A stretch of DNA of 64,000 bases from contig JBGTQK010000002.1 of the NCBI GenBank assembly GCA_041941365.1, positions 158,419 through 222,418 of the forward strand, given 5' to 3'. A program made the position numbers and the translations under genes. This DNA is from Cellvibrionales bacterium. GTDB lineage: Bacteria; Pseudomonadota; Gammaproteobacteria; Pseudomonadales; UBA7434. Each line of letters begins with the position of its first letter. Within the stretch, counting starts at the first letter, position 1. The notes beneath the pieces are model-generated. The model saw nothing but the letters and a program-made list of their open reading frames with translations, was not told the origin of the DNA and did not search any database. This document shows positions 28,757-39,414 of this stretch, piece after piece.

Positions 28757-29302
28757 CTATTCAATATTGTCAGAGCAGCCACCTGGACATACAAACAAAC
28801 TTTCTAACATTGCTTCTGAGGGTGTGTTTCCACCTGTAGAATAAGAAGTTAAACGAAACAGCAAACGTGACCCCGGGTCATAGGCCTCATAACCTGCTTT
28901 TACGTCAACATTGGAACTTCCATTACCTATGAATTCAGCAATACAGCGTGGCTGCTGATTAGTTGGTAACTTGGGATCAATAAAAGACTCAGTTCCGTTA
29001 TTGTCCCAATAATTTGCATCATCTCTCCAGCCTTCTGGTAAAGAACCTAAATTGCTTGCTGTTATTTCACCTTGCTGTTGAATCATACTTTCACAACTGA
29101 CCAATCCTGTTTCCGCACCATGAAACGCCAGACTTGCACTTTGCATATTGCTCACAATCTTTTCATCCAGTATTGTTGTTTGCATACTGCTGACACCAAC
29201 CAGAGTAATAATAAATAAAAGAATTAAACCTATTAATAGAACAGCACCTGTTTGCTTTTTTCTTTTATGTACTGAATATTTTTTATGTTTAATAAAAATC
29301 AT
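28757..29302 (-). CDS. pilX: type IV minor pilin PilX
   Basis: 181 aa. N-terminal QTGAVLLIGLILLFIITLVGVSSMQTTILDEKI is typical of the PilX N-terminal domain. Lies between pilW and pilY1. Confidence 0.75.
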   Translation of the reverse strand: MIFIKHKKYSVHKRKKQTGAVLLIGLILLFIITLVGVSSMQTTILDEKIVSNMQSASLAFHGAETGLVSCESMIQQQGEITASNLGSLPEGWRDDANYWDNNGTESFIDPKLPTNQQPRCIAEFIGNGSSNVDVKAGYEAYDPGSRLLFRLTSYSTGGNTPSEAMLESLFVCPGGCSDNIE

Positions 29303-29326
29303 TAAGGACTCCTGACAGATCGGCTA

Positions 29327-30235
29327 TCAAATACCGCGTATATCGATTGTTTGAGAAAAAACCTGCCGCGCCTTACCATCTGAGGGGGTAATCTGTTCAC
29401 CTAAAAAATCAAGTGTCACTTCACCGTCAACTAGAGACGCATTTTCAGATGCTGCCAATAAACCAAGTCTGACGGCACTTACATTTTTCCAATCATCAGT
29501 GGTCATTGATGCACTATCTTTATATTGCGCAGGCAAAAAGCGGTCAGCAATCTCTACCTCCGGATTACCCAGACCATACAATACTTTCATATCTTCAATA
29601 CCCGCCACCAATGCTACTGCTGTTCCTGAAGTTGGCGTATTAGTATCTGTATCTACTACATCGACCTTGCAATACAACTGATCATCACTACTAACAAAAA
29701 AAGAAGTTACTGCCACTATATTCTGTGCAGGATCAATTTGAATTCCTTCACAATCCAGTAAAAGCCCATCGCTATCTCCTTGATAACGAATGGTTAAAGT
29801 ATCCGTATTTGATTTAACAGTGACACTACCTAATCCTGTAATTGCACTTCCCGAGACGACTGCGTCTGCTTCAAAACCAGAATAGGCTTCCCATGGAGAA
29901 TCTTCGGGGTTACTATCAGAAGTTCCTTCTTTTGCAACTAACACTTTATTAATAAGACTGCTGGCAAAAACATCATCAACACTTTCACTTAACTCTCCAG
30001 GGTTTATGTAACCAGCAACCCTAACACTTGAAGCAATAAAATAGATAGCAAAACGTGCACCTTCCTGCATTGAAGATTGTGCCTGAATCACATCATGAGA
30101 TTGTCGGCTACCCACAAAAACCTGTATAGCGGCAGCTGAAATAAATAAGCCTAGCCCTAACGAAACCATTAATTCAATTAGCGAAAGGCCAATCTGATAT
30201 CTTTTTGCTGAAATTAATTGATTAATAGAGCTCAT
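29327..30235 (-). CDS. pilW: type IV minor pilin PilW
   Basis: 302 aa. Leader ...QIG|LSLIELMVSLGLGLFISAAAIQVF. Position is as expected. Confidence 0.8.
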   Translation of the reverse strand: MSSINQLISAKRYQIGLSLIELMVSLGLGLFISAAAIQVFVGSRQSHDVIQAQSSMQEGARFAIYFIASSVRVAGYINPGELSESVDDVFASSLINKVLVAKEGTSDSNPEDSPWEAYSGFEADAVVSGSAITGLGSVTVKSNTDTLTIRYQGDSDGLLLDCEGIQIDPAQNIVAVTSFFVSSDDQLYCKVDVVDTDTNTPTSGTAVALVAGIEDMKVLYGLGNPEVEIADRFLPAQYKDSASMTTDDWKNVSAVRLGLLAASENASLVDGEVTLDFLGEQITPSDGKARQVFSQTIDIRGI

Positions 30236-30264
30236 AACAATTCAATTACCATTTACTGAAATTA

Positions 30265-30843
30265 TTAAATTTGTACCGTTAGAACAAAACAAGACTTATT
30301 TCCGGAAACACCATTAATACATTCTGCTCCAGCACCACCTCCCGAACTGCCACGTTCTTCACTCCAATATATTGATACTTCATATTCAGCAGTGATAGTG
30401 TCGCCAAAGGTATTTGAATAACGATCGATTAATCTGACAAAACCCTCGCCATTTGGTAAATTCGAGTTCTCAATACTTTCTGTCCACTGCAAAGCATCAT
30501 GAGAAGCCATTTGTTCAGTCGTACATATTGAAGAATTACAGTTGTTACCGCCTCCAATAGAATTTGTATCAAGATTTGAATATCCATATCCCAATAATGC
30601 CTCTTTTCGGTTAGCTTTCATTCGATCCGCAATATCATTCAAGTGAAAATCGGCTACCGTTCTGAAATATAAATTATTGGATTCAGTAACACCTACCGAC
30701 TGCATGCCTACAACGCCCATAATACCTATTGCCATCACAAACACTGTCACCATGACTTCAATGAGTGAAAACCCTTTTTGCCGAGGATATTCAAAAAATA
30801 TTTTTTCTGTTTCAATACTTAAGTTCATACTATGCTTCTTCAA
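30265..30843 (-). CDS. pilV: type IV minor pilin PilV
   Basis: 192 aa. ...RQKG|FSLIEVMVTVFVMAIGIMGVVGMQ. Position is as expected. Confidence 0.8.
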   Translation of the reverse strand: MKKHSMNLSIETEKIFFEYPRQKGFSLIEVMVTVFVMAIGIMGVVGMQSVGVTESNNLYFRTVADFHLNDIADRMKANRKEALLGYGYSNLDTNSIGGGNNCNSSICTTEQMASHDALQWTESIENSNLPNGEGFVRLIDRYSNTFGDTITAEYEVSIYWSEERGSSGGGAGAECINGVSGNKSCFVLTVQI

Positions 30844-30868
30844 CTTTTACCTTTTTCAATTCTCAAAA

Positions 30869-31432
30869 CTAACAACCTGGATCACCCTGAAAACGTATTC
30901 CACCAGTTGTATTTATTTCAACAGGTTTGCCAGGAATAGTTGAGCTGGTGTCCTTATCACAAAGACCAATCATTAATGCCCCGGCAGGCTGTAACAGACC
31001 ATTCTGATTAAAAGTAATTGTTCCTGAGCTGGAATCATCAACACCTACTCTAATTTTGTTATTAGGGTAGAAAACATCAACAAGCGTGTCAGTGCCTGCG
31101 TCATAGGAAGCGTTTGTATTGGCATCTGAAAATATGATCCAGCCTTTATCCCAATCTGAACCTCCTGAACAAGAATTTTGATCTGTACTTGCACAAATCA
31201 CAGCAGTACTATTTCGATACAAAGCCTCAGCTCTGGCTTTCTTTATACCGGCTGCCAATGCATCTCGATGCGTATCGATGCTCGAACTAACGATAACAGA
31301 CTGGAAGCTGGGACCAGCTATGGCTGCGATAACACCTGCAATCGCTAAAACAATCATTAGCTCCAATAACGTAAATCCATTAGAGAATACGAAACGATTG
31401 TTTAATATTTTTTTGATTTTTCTCTGTTTCAT
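30869..31432 (-). CDS. fimU: type IV minor pilin, GspH/FimU family
   Basis: ...SNG|FTLLELMIVLAIAGVIAAIAGPSF. First gene of the operon. The start was moved to the ATG at 31432. Confidence 0.75.
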   Translation of the reverse strand: MKQRKIKKILNNRFVFSNGFTLLELMIVLAIAGVIAAIAGPSFQSVIVSSSIDTHRDALAAGIKKARAEALYRNSTAVICASTDQNSCSGGSDWDKGWIIFSDANTNASYDAGTDTLVDVFYPNNKIRVGVDDSSSGTITFNQNGLLQPAGALMIGLCDKDTSSTIPGKPVEINTTGGIRFQGDPGC

Positions 31433-31485
31433 TACGACTTGTTTACTGTAGCTAATCAATTCAAAAATCTCTTATAGCACTTTAT

Positions 31486-31514
31486 ATTAAAAATATGTAA
31501 CCAGCCTATCTCAA
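31486..31514 (-). promoter_or_regulatory. candidate sigma-70 promoter for the fimU operon
   Basis: On the minus strand: TTGAGA, 17 nt, TTTAAT, about 50 nt upstream of the fimU ATG. Pattern match only. Confidence 0.3.
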
Positions 31515-31581
31515 AAAGATAAACCGGTTCTTTCTCAACTATAGTCTGGGTCGTAAATAAGAATATCGCCAGTTAATCCAT

Positions 31582-31590
31582 GACGAACGG
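31582..31590 (-). promoter_or_regulatory. AlgR-type (LytTR response regulator) binding-site candidate upstream of fimU
   Basis: The minus strand reads CCGTTCGTC, identical to the 9-bp AlgR core site defined at P. aeruginosa algD. It lies about 150 bp upstream of the fimU ATG. Confidence 0.4.
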
Positions 31591-31680
31591 TAGTAATTAA
31601 CCGATAAACGTTAAGGCTGGGTAGAAATACCCAAAAATAATGGGATTATTCAAGAGGTAATATAAGAAACAGCTATGATT

Positions 31681-32622
31681 TTACTGAATGATTCGCAGCT
31701 CTTTGGGAAGAGAAAACGTAATATTTTCAGGCGTTCCAGCAAGCTCTTTGGGTGGCTCTGCTCCATGTTGACATAAAAAATCAACAACTTGTTTAACCAG
31801 AACTTCCGGGGCAGATGCACCCGCTGTTATTCCAATAGACTTTTTATCTTTTAACCATGAGATTTGAATATCTTTTTCTGAATCAATAAGAAAAGATTTG
31901 GCACCAAACCTCTCGGCAAGTTCACGTAATCGATTCGAATTCGAACTATTGGGCGACCCTACAACAAGAACCAGATCACATGCTTTGGCTAATTCTTTTA
32001 CTGCATCCTGACGATTTTGTGTCGCATAACAAATATCATCTTTTCGTGGACCAGAGATCGCAGGAAACTTCTTTCTTAGGGCATCGATCACCAGAGCTGT
32101 ATCATCCATCGATAGGGTTGTTTGAGTTACATAAGATAATGCCAATTCATTTTCTACTTGTAAGCTCGCTACATCTTCCACAGTTTCTACCAGATAAACA
32201 TCACCGCCTTTACTGTGATCATATTGTCCCATAGTCCCTTCAACTTCTGGGTGACCTTGATGTCCAATCAAAATACACTCTCTTCCTTCACTGCTGTACT
32301 TGGAAACCTCCATATGCACTTTGGTGACTAACGGACATGTCGCGTCAAACACTTTTAATTGGCGGCGCCTGGCTTCCTGACGAACGGCTTGCGATACACC
32401 ATGCGCACTAAATATAACAATGACATCATCGGGCACTTCATCCAGCTCATCAACAAATATTGCTCCACGGTTTTTAAGTTCATCTACCACAAATTGATTA
32501 TGCACTACTTCGTGTCTCACATAAATTGGTGCGCCAAAAATATCTAATGCCCGATTAACTATATCGATTGCACGGTCTACTCCTGCACAAAAACCACGAG
32601 GATTAGCCATTTTTAATTGCAT
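31681..32622 (-). CDS. ispH: 4-hydroxy-3-methylbut-2-enyl diphosphate reductase
   Basis: 313 aa. [19 protein letters not shown]. Collinear with IspH/LytB. Confidence 0.96.
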   Translation of the reverse strand: MQLKMANPRGFCAGVDRAIDIVNRALDIFGAPIYVRHEVVHNQFVVDELKNRGAIFVDELDEVPDDVIVIFSAHGVSQAVRQEARRRQLKVFDATCPLVTKVHMEVSKYSSEGRECILIGHQGHPEVEGTMGQYDHSKGGDVYLVETVEDVASLQVENELALSYVTQTTLSMDDTALVIDALRKKFPAISGPRKDDICYATQNRQDAVKELAKACDLVLVVGSPNSSNSNRLRELAERFGAKSFLIDSEKDIQISWLKDKKSIGITAGASAPEVLVKQVVDFLCQHGAEPPKELAGTPENITFSLPKELRIIQ

Positions 32623-32651
32623 CTCTTAGCTCCAATTACATTTACAGTTAA

Positions 32652-33095
32652 TCAATTTTCACTATTTACAGAGTGAATTTTAAATTTAAAGTAAATATCT
32701 TTTCCAGCAAGTGGGTGATTAAAATCCACTTCAACTTTTTCGTCAGATACTTTTTTTACAACACCGGGAACCTCTGAACCCGACTTATCAGTAAATGCTA
32801 TAACAATTCCTTCTTGCAAGTCACAGTCATCCGAAAAAACATTTTGTGTAAAATATTGTATGTTATCTTTATTATGCACACCAAAAGCATTTTCAGAAAT
32901 GATTTTTACCTCTTTTTCCTGATCTGCAATACATCCTAATAACTCTGCTTCAAAACCAGGCAACATATTACCATCACCAATGACCATCTCTACCGGTTCT
33001 GAATCATAATTTGAATCAATAACTTCTCCATTCTCTAACGCTAAAGAAAAGTGAAGCACTACTTTACTTTTTTCTCTGATGATATCAGATGTCAT
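32652..33095 (-). CDS. fkpB: FKBP-type peptidyl-prolyl cis-trans isomerase
   Basis: 147 aa. FKBP fold motifs. Conserved lspA-fkpB-ispH order. Confidence 0.85.
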   Translation of the reverse strand: MTSDIIREKSKVVLHFSLALENGEVIDSNYDSEPVEMVIGDGNMLPGFEAELLGCIADQEKEVKIISENAFGVHNKDNIQYFTQNVFSDDCDLQEGIVIAFTDKSGSEVPGVVKKVSDEKVEVDFNHPLAGKDIYFKFKIHSVNSEN

Positions 33096-33112
33096 AATTT
33101 AACAACCTCAGT

Positions 33113-33622
33113 TCAATGCTCTGAATTATTTTCACCAAAAAACATATCCAATAACATAAAACCTGCGCCGACAGTAATTGCCGAATCAGCTATATTAAAG
33201 GCAGGAAAATAATTATCATTGTAATAAAAAAGCAAAAAATCTATTACTTTACCGAGGTATATACGATCAATCAGATTACCTAGAGCACCACCTAATACCA
33301 AAGACAATGCAATCAGCAACCATTTTTTTTCTGGCTTAAGTCTGGAAATCCAGATCAGCAAAACAATACTGACAACCGTAGAAATCAATACGAAAAACCA
33401 ACGTTGCCAACCACCCGCATTAGCCAGAAAACTCCACGCTGCACCTTTGTTATAAACCAGTGTAAAATCAAATACTGGCAGAACGTTAACTCGTTGATAT
33501 TCATCGAAGCTGATGAAAGCCCAGTATTTTGTAGCCTGGTCAAGCAAAACAACAAACAATGCAATACCGTACCAGAACCAGAGCTTGTTATAAATTGCCG
33601 TTTTTGAACCTTGATCAGGCAT
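33113..33622 (-). CDS. lspA: lipoprotein signal peptidase II
   Basis: Four TM segments and motifs [10 protein letters not shown] and FNIADSAI. The ATG at 33622 overlaps the ileS stop. The track ORF extends to 33652. Confidence 0.9.
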   Translation of the reverse strand: MPDQGSKTAIYNKLWFWYGIALFVVLLDQATKYWAFISFDEYQRVNVLPVFDFTLVYNKGAAWSFLANAGGWQRWFFVLISTVVSIVLLIWISRLKPEKKWLLIALSLVLGGALGNLIDRIYLGKVIDFLLFYYNDNYFPAFNIADSAITVGAGFMLLDMFFGENNSEH

Positions 33623-36476
33623 AAGCACGCACCTCACCTTCTCCATCCACATTTTCTACACATCGCCCACACAATTCCGGGTGCTTATTATCAACACCAA
33701 CATCTGGACGATAATGCCAACATCTCACACATTTCTTGTCCATAGATTTTTCAATAACAACCTTCAAACCCTCAACCTCTGTCTGGAGCGCATTTTCTCC
33801 AGCCAAATCTAACGATTCAAGCCTGGCAGAAGAAGTAATTAATACAAAGCGCAATTCATCTCCAATTTGTGAAATAGATTCTAATAATCCTGGCTCTGCA
33901 TAAAGTGTTACAACAGCTTCCAGAGAAGCGCCTATAACACCTTCTGCCCGCTTGCTTTCTAACGCTTTATTAATAGCAATTTTAACACGGCATACATCAT
34001 CCATTAAAGCTTCTTCTCTTGAACCTTTTTCCAATAAAGTTTTTAATGGATATAACTCTTCAAGGAATATTGATGAAAATCCCGTTTCCCAGGTTGAATT
34101 ACCTGGAATAAACTCATAGATTTCGTCAGCCGTAAAACTCAAAATTGGCGCAATCCATCGAGAAAACGCCTGCACTATGGTGTAAAGTGCAGTTTGCGCT
34201 GAACGCCGTGCAACACTATCCGCTTTAGTGGTATATTGCCTGTCTTTGATGATATCCAGATAAATACCACCCATATCCACAACGCAGAAATTATGTAGCT
34301 TCTGATAAATCAAATGAAACTGAAACTGATTGTAATGCTCGATAATTTCGTCCTGTAATTTAGTCGCCTGATTGATCGCCCATTTATCCAGAAGCAACAG
34401 ATCATCATCTGCTAACAAGTCCGTATTGGGATCAAAACCTTCAAGATTTGAAAGCATAAAACGCGCAGTATTACGAATTCTTCGATAAGAATCTGAAACT
34501 CTTTTGAGTATCTCATCGGACAAAGACATCTCGCTGCTAAAATCAGTAGCCGCCACCCATAAGCGCAATATATCTGCACCCAAATCATTCATAACTGCCT
34601 GGGGCTCTATCGTATTGCCTAACGATTTAGACATTTTCCGGCCATCAGCATCAATAGTAAAACCATGAGTTAACACTGCTTTGTAAGGTGCTTCTCCATA
34701 CATGGCAATTGCAGTCTTAAGTGATGACTGGAACCACCCTCTATGCTGGTCAGAACCTTCAAGATATAGATCAGCTGGACAATGTAAGCCGTCCACTTTA
34801 TCCAATACAGAATAATGGGTAACTCCAGAATCAAACCATACATCCAGAGTATCCGTTACTTTACGATATACATCAGCCTCACTACCTAATAACTCTCCAT
34901 CATCAATCTCATACCAGGCATCAATCCCTTTCTCTTCTATTTTTAATGCAACAGTTTCTATTAACTCAACAGTTTTAGGGTGTAATTCCTGTGTCTCTTT
35001 GTGAATATACAACGTGATAGGTACTCCCCATGTGCGCTGCCTCGATATACACCAATCCGGACTGGAATCTAACATACTATCTATGCGAGCTCTTCCCCAA
35101 CCCGGCTTCCACTCAACACCATCACAGGCTTTTTTAACATCATCCAATAAGCCCTGCTTATCCATACTGATAAACCATTGAGGAGTAGCCCTAAAAATTA
35201 ACGGTGTTTTTGTTCGCCAACAATGCGGAAAACTATGCACAATTTTTTCTTCAGCACATAGTCTTCCATTTTCTTTTAACAAATCAACAATACTCTGATC
35301 GACTTTATATACATGCTCTCCAGCAAATCGCTCTGTACTTTCGTTATAAACTCCGTTTTCACCAACCAGGTTTAAGGTCTCTATACCGTATTTTCTGCTA
35401 ACCACAAAGTCATCCATGCCGTGATCAGGCGCTGTATGCACACAACCCGTACCTGCATCAGTTGTTACATGGTCACCCAAAATCAACGGCACAGTTTTCT
35501 CGTAAAATGGATGCTTCAACAGATAATTTTCAACTGCTGCACCATTAAACGTCGCAACCACTTTAGCAGACTCTAGATCAAAACGCTTTATCACTTGTTC
35601 TTGCAAAGCTTCTGCAACAATTAAACGCTTTTTATTATTCTCTTCGTCACTTCCAAAATGATCCGATGTCCCCTCTATAACAACATAATTCAATTCGGGA
35701 TGAATAGACACAGCCTGATTTGCCGGCAATGTCCACGGCGTAGTTGTCCATATCACAATATTTAATTCACCTTCTCCGCCAATCCCGCCTACTGCTTCAG
35801 AAAAAGCACTCTCGTCATTGACTGCAAATGCCACATCAATCGCAAACGAAGTTTTATCCTGATATTCAACTTCAGCTTCTGCCAGTGCCGAACCACCTAC
35901 CACACTCCAATAGACCGGCTTAAAACCTCTAACCAAATGACCACGCTCAATTATTCTTCCTAACGCCCTGACAATGTTTGCTTCTGTCTTGAAATTCATT
36001 GTCAAATACGGATTATCCCAATCACCCAAAACACCCAGACGTACGAAACCTTTTTTCTGGCCTTCCACCTGCTTATTTGCGTATTCACGACACTTTTTAC
36101 GAAAGGTTGCGTAGTCAACCTTGACACCTGCCTTACCTATTTTTGTTTCCACTTTGTGTTCAATAGGCAAACCATGGCAATCCCACCCGGGCACATAGGG
36201 AGAATCATAACCTTGTAATGTTTTGGATTTAACAATGATATCTTTTAAAATTTTATTCAGTGCATGTCCCAAATGTATATCGCCATTGGCATAAGGTGGG
36301 CCATCATGCAAAATATATTTTTCCCGACCTGCAAATTGCTCACGAATTTTTTGATACAAATTCGATGCCTGCCATTTTTTTAGGCGAGCAGGTTCGCGTT
36401 GTGCCAGATTTGCTTTCATCGGAAAACCGGTTTTAGGCAAATTTAAGGTATCTTTGTACTGATTGTCGTTACTCAT
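33615..36476 (-). CDS. ileS: isoleucine--tRNA ligase
   Basis: 953 aa. HIGH-type [14 protein letters not shown], and a C-terminal zinc-binding Cys cluster. Confidence 0.98.
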   Translation of the reverse strand: MSNDNQYKDTLNLPKTGFPMKANLAQREPARLKKWQASNLYQKIREQFAGREKYILHDGPPYANGDIHLGHALNKILKDIIVKSKTLQGYDSPYVPGWDCHGLPIEHKVETKIGKAGVKVDYATFRKKCREYANKQVEGQKKGFVRLGVLGDWDNPYLTMNFKTEANIVRALGRIIERGHLVRGFKPVYWSVVGGSALAEAEVEYQDKTSFAIDVAFAVNDESAFSEAVGGIGGEGELNIVIWTTTPWTLPANQAVSIHPELNYVVIEGTSDHFGSDEENNKKRLIVAEALQEQVIKRFDLESAKVVATFNGAAVENYLLKHPFYEKTVPLILGDHVTTDAGTGCVHTAPDHGMDDFVVSRKYGIETLNLVGENGVYNESTERFAGEHVYKVDQSIVDLLKENGRLCAEEKIVHSFPHCWRTKTPLIFRATPQWFISMDKQGLLDDVKKACDGVEWKPGWGRARIDSMLDSSPDWCISRQRTWGVPITLYIHKETQELHPKTVELIETVALKIEEKGIDAWYEIDDGELLGSEADVYRKVTDTLDVWFDSGVTHYSVLDKVDGLHCPADLYLEGSDQHRGWFQSSLKTAIAMYGEAPYKAVLTHGFTIDADGRKMSKSLGNTIEPQAVMNDLGADILRLWVAATDFSSEMSLSDEILKRVSDSYRRIRNTARFMLSNLEGFDPNTDLLADDDLLLLDKWAINQATKLQDEIIEHYNQFQFHLIYQKLHNFCVVDMGGIYLDIIKDRQYTTKADSVARRSAQTALYTIVQAFSRWIAPILSFTADEIYEFIPGNSTWETGFSSIFLEELYPLKTLLEKGSREEALMDDVCRVKIAINKALESKRAEGVIGASLEAVVTLYAEPGLLESISQIGDELRFVLITSSARLESLDLAGENALQTEVEGLKVVIEKSMDKKCVRCWHYRPDVGVDNKHPELCGRCVENVDGEGEVRAYA

Positions 36477-36527
36477 TACTTGTTTCTCATAACTACACTT
36501 TGTTACCCAGCCCGTTAGTCATATAAC

Positions 36528-37472
36528 TTAAAGACCAAGTAGCTGTTTTGCGTTTTGTATATCATTCTGGATTTGACTTTTTAGTTCATCCAGACCTGAA
36601 AACTTTTTTTCATCCCTGATTTTTTGTATAAACCGGGTAGAAATCCGCTTACCATATAAATCGATATGCTCTTGTCCAATTAAATGCACTTCGAGTATGG
36701 CTTTAATACTGTCTTCAACCGTTGGCCTTGTACCTATGTTAACAACAGCCGGCAACCAGTCTTCATTGTCAGCTATTCGAGTTTGCGCAACATATACACC
36801 TGACATTGCTGTTCGTAAACGATGTAACTCTACATTAGCTGTAGGTAAACCCAAAGTACGGCCTAACTGCTTACCATACACAACGCGACCCGTAATTTCA
36901 TAATCTCTACCAAGAAGGCATTTAACAGAAACAAAATCTCCAGCCTCCAATAATTGTCTTATCAACGAACTCGAAATACGCTGGTTTTCTTCAAGTTGTG
37001 TCGGCATCGCTTCAACTTTAAAACCGTATTCCATCCCCATTGCCTGAAGGAATGTAAAGTCGCCTTGACCATCTCGACCGAACTTAAAGTCATCACCAAT
37101 AATACAATGCTTACAATTAAAGCCGTTAACCAAAACGCTCTGTATAAATGATTCCGCAGATGTGTTTCTCATCCTATCGTTAAACGGTACCAGTAACATC
37201 GCATCCAAACCGAACTGTCTGCAAGCTTCAAACTTTTCCCGAAAACTCATCAATCTGGCCGGTGCTGATAAAGGTGCAAAATATTCTCTGGGCAAAGGCT
37301 CAAAGGTAACTATCGCCGATAAGGCTTCATTCTGTTTTGCCAGGGCCATAACATGCTTTAATACCGCTTGATGTCCTTTGTGCACCCCATCAAACGCACC
37401 TATGGTTACCACGGCAGACTGCATTAATTCAGCCTTTGATGATAATGAATGAATACCTCTAAACAATCTCAC
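36528..37472 (-). CDS. ribF: bifunctional riboflavin kinase / FAD synthetase
   Basis: 314 aa. Collinear with E. coli RibF (M.LFRGIH.LS...IGAFDGVHKGH). GTG start. Confidence 0.95.
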   Translation of the reverse strand: MRLFRGIHSLSSKAELMQSAVVTIGAFDGVHKGHQAVLKHVMALAKQNEALSAIVTFEPLPREYFAPLSAPARLMSFREKFEACRQFGLDAMLLVPFNDRMRNTSAESFIQSVLVNGFNCKHCIIGDDFKFGRDGQGDFTFLQAMGMEYGFKVEAMPTQLEENQRISSSLIRQLLEAGDFVSVKCLLGRDYEITGRVVYGKQLGRTLGLPTANVELHRLRTAMSGVYVAQTRIADNEDWLPAVVNIGTRPTVEDSIKAILEVHLIGQEHIDLYGKRISTRFIQKIRDEKKFSGLDELKSQIQNDIQNAKQLLGL

Positions 37473-37678
37473 GGACTTTGCGATTTACCTGATTTATGCC
37501 TCCTCAATGATTGTTATGCATTAACATAACATTAAAAAATAGCCATTTAAGGAGCACGATTATTTAAAAACAAGCGATTATAAACGCAGATACAAACCAG
37601 AAAACTTGGCAGACATGAGGACCCGACATTTTCACGCCGAATTTTCGGCATTTCGGGTTATTTGATGAAAAATAGAAA

Positions 37679-39334
37679 TTATTGTCGAGTCAGCTCAGAC
37701 TGAGAGTTCGCTGCCCGAAAATCTCGAGGCCTCAAACCTAATACCAGAGCAACCATAATAAATGCTAATAGCCCCGATCCACAGAGCTGAGCTAAAAACA
37801 GTACCCTGTTTAAAAAATTCGCCTCAACCCAAAATTGTCCTTCTGGCATCATTACTAACAGCGCTCCCCCCATAAATATTGCAGCCACTAAAATCTTAAT
37901 GGTGAAATACAAAAAATGAGTGTTTAACAAAGGTTTTTCTGCAAAGAACTGCTTTTTCCTGACCAAGCCCCTATACAGTAAATAGGCATTGAGCATTGCC
38001 GAAAGCGATGTCGCCAACGCCAGGCCTGTATGACCTATACCAAACTTGAAGTGCATTAACGCCACAAGCAAAAGATTAAGCAACATATTGGCTACCATTG
38101 CGATAACACCTATCTTTACTGGAGTGCGGGTATCCTGTTGTGAAAAATAAGTGGATGCCAATACTTTTATCAACATAAATGCCGATAGACCTAATGCATA
38201 AGCCTGCAAACTGAAAGCTGACATATTAACATCGTTAGGCGTCATCGCATCATATTGAAATAAAACAAACAAAATAGGTTCAGCTAAAATAATCAATGCT
38301 ACTGTTGCCGGCAGAGCTATAAACAAAATGCAGCGCAGCGCCCATAACAAGGTTTGACGAAATTGCTCTGCCGTCTGTTCATTTTTATTTTTTAAATCAA
38401 TCATGGATAGTGCAGGTAATATAACTGTTGCAATCGCAATACCAAACACACCCAGGGGTAGCTCTACCAGTCTGTCTGAATAATATAACCATGAAACACT
38501 ACCACCAGGCAAAAATGAAGCAAGCACAGTATCTAACAATAAATTTATTTGGCTTACCGATACAGCAAATATTGCTGGCAACATCAACTTTATTATCTTT
38601 TTTACCCCTGGATGACCAAAGTCTAAAACAGGCTTTGGCAGTAAACTTAAATTAGCCAAAAAAGGTATTTGAAAAAATAACTGGATAAAACCCGCAAACA
38701 AAACTCCCCAGGCCAGGGCAAACACTGGTTCATCCAGATACGGTGATACCCAGAGCGCAAAGGCGATTAATGTAAAATTAAGCAATACAGGCGTAAATGC
38801 CGGAACAGCGAATCGACCATAACTATTGAGTATGCCGCCAGCAAAGCCTGTAAGCGAAATGAGAAAAAGATAAGGAAACGTTATCCTCAACATCGAAGCC
38901 GTAATATCAAATTTATCAGGCTGATCAGCAAAACCCGGCGCAAAAACAAAGGTTACAAGTGGTGCTGCCAAAATAATAAAACTGGTTAGCAATAACAATG
39001 TGCCAGACAACGCGCCACAAACAGCATTAATCAAGCCACGTACTGCTTCCAGGTTATTCTCTTCATTCTTCGAACGTTTATATTCTGCCAAAACAGGAAC
39101 AAAAGCCTGTGCAAAAGCGCCTTCAGCAAACAACCTGCGTAAAAACTGTGGAATTTTAAATGCAATAAAAAAAGCGTCAGCATTATCACTTGCACCTAGC
39201 ATGCGCGCAAAAACCACATCACGAATTAAACCGGCAATACGAGAAAGCATTGTCATTGAACCAACAACAATACTGGAGTTTATTAAACTTGGTGGTTTAA
39301 TTGGAGGTTTAGTGGATTCAGTCGTTTCCTTCAA
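37679..39334 (-). CDS. murJ: lipid II flippase MurJ
   Basis: 551 aa. Polytopic, with SMTMLSRIAGLIRDVVFARMLGA near the N-terminus. TTG start per the track, so the exact start is uncertain. Confidence 0.92.
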   Translation of the reverse strand: MKETTESTKPPIKPPSLINSSIVVGSMTMLSRIAGLIRDVVFARMLGASDNADAFFIAFKIPQFLRRLFAEGAFAQAFVPVLAEYKRSKNEENNLEAVRGLINAVCGALSGTLLLLTSFIILAAPLVTFVFAPGFADQPDKFDITASMLRITFPYLFLISLTGFAGGILNSYGRFAVPAFTPVLLNFTLIAFALWVSPYLDEPVFALAWGVLFAGFIQLFFQIPFLANLSLLPKPVLDFGHPGVKKIIKLMLPAIFAVSVSQINLLLDTVLASFLPGGSVSWLYYSDRLVELPLGVFGIAIATVILPALSMIDLKNKNEQTAEQFRQTLLWALRCILFIALPATVALIILAEPILFVLFQYDAMTPNDVNMSAFSLQAYALGLSAFMLIKVLASTYFSQQDTRTPVKIGVIAMVANMLLNLLLVALMHFKFGIGHTGLALATSLSAMLNAYLLYRGLVRKKQFFAEKPLLNTHFLYFTIKILVAAIFMGGALLVMMPEGQFWVEANFLNRVLFLAQLCGSGLLAFIMVALVLGLRPRDFRAANSQSELTRQ

Positions 39335-39414
39335 ATCAGGCTCTAAATGATTTTAATGTTTTAAAATAGTGTATTGAGCTTATGCTAAAGCATACCATGC
39401 AGCAAGGTATGCAA

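Noticed and set aside
39389-39411. Hairpin gcatacc-N9-ggtatgc just beyond the pyrB stop, considered as a terminator
   Set aside because: Only three U residues follow it on the minus strand. My manual reading also leaves the exact pyrB stop uncertain, so the hairpin may lie within coding sequence. This is too weak to call.
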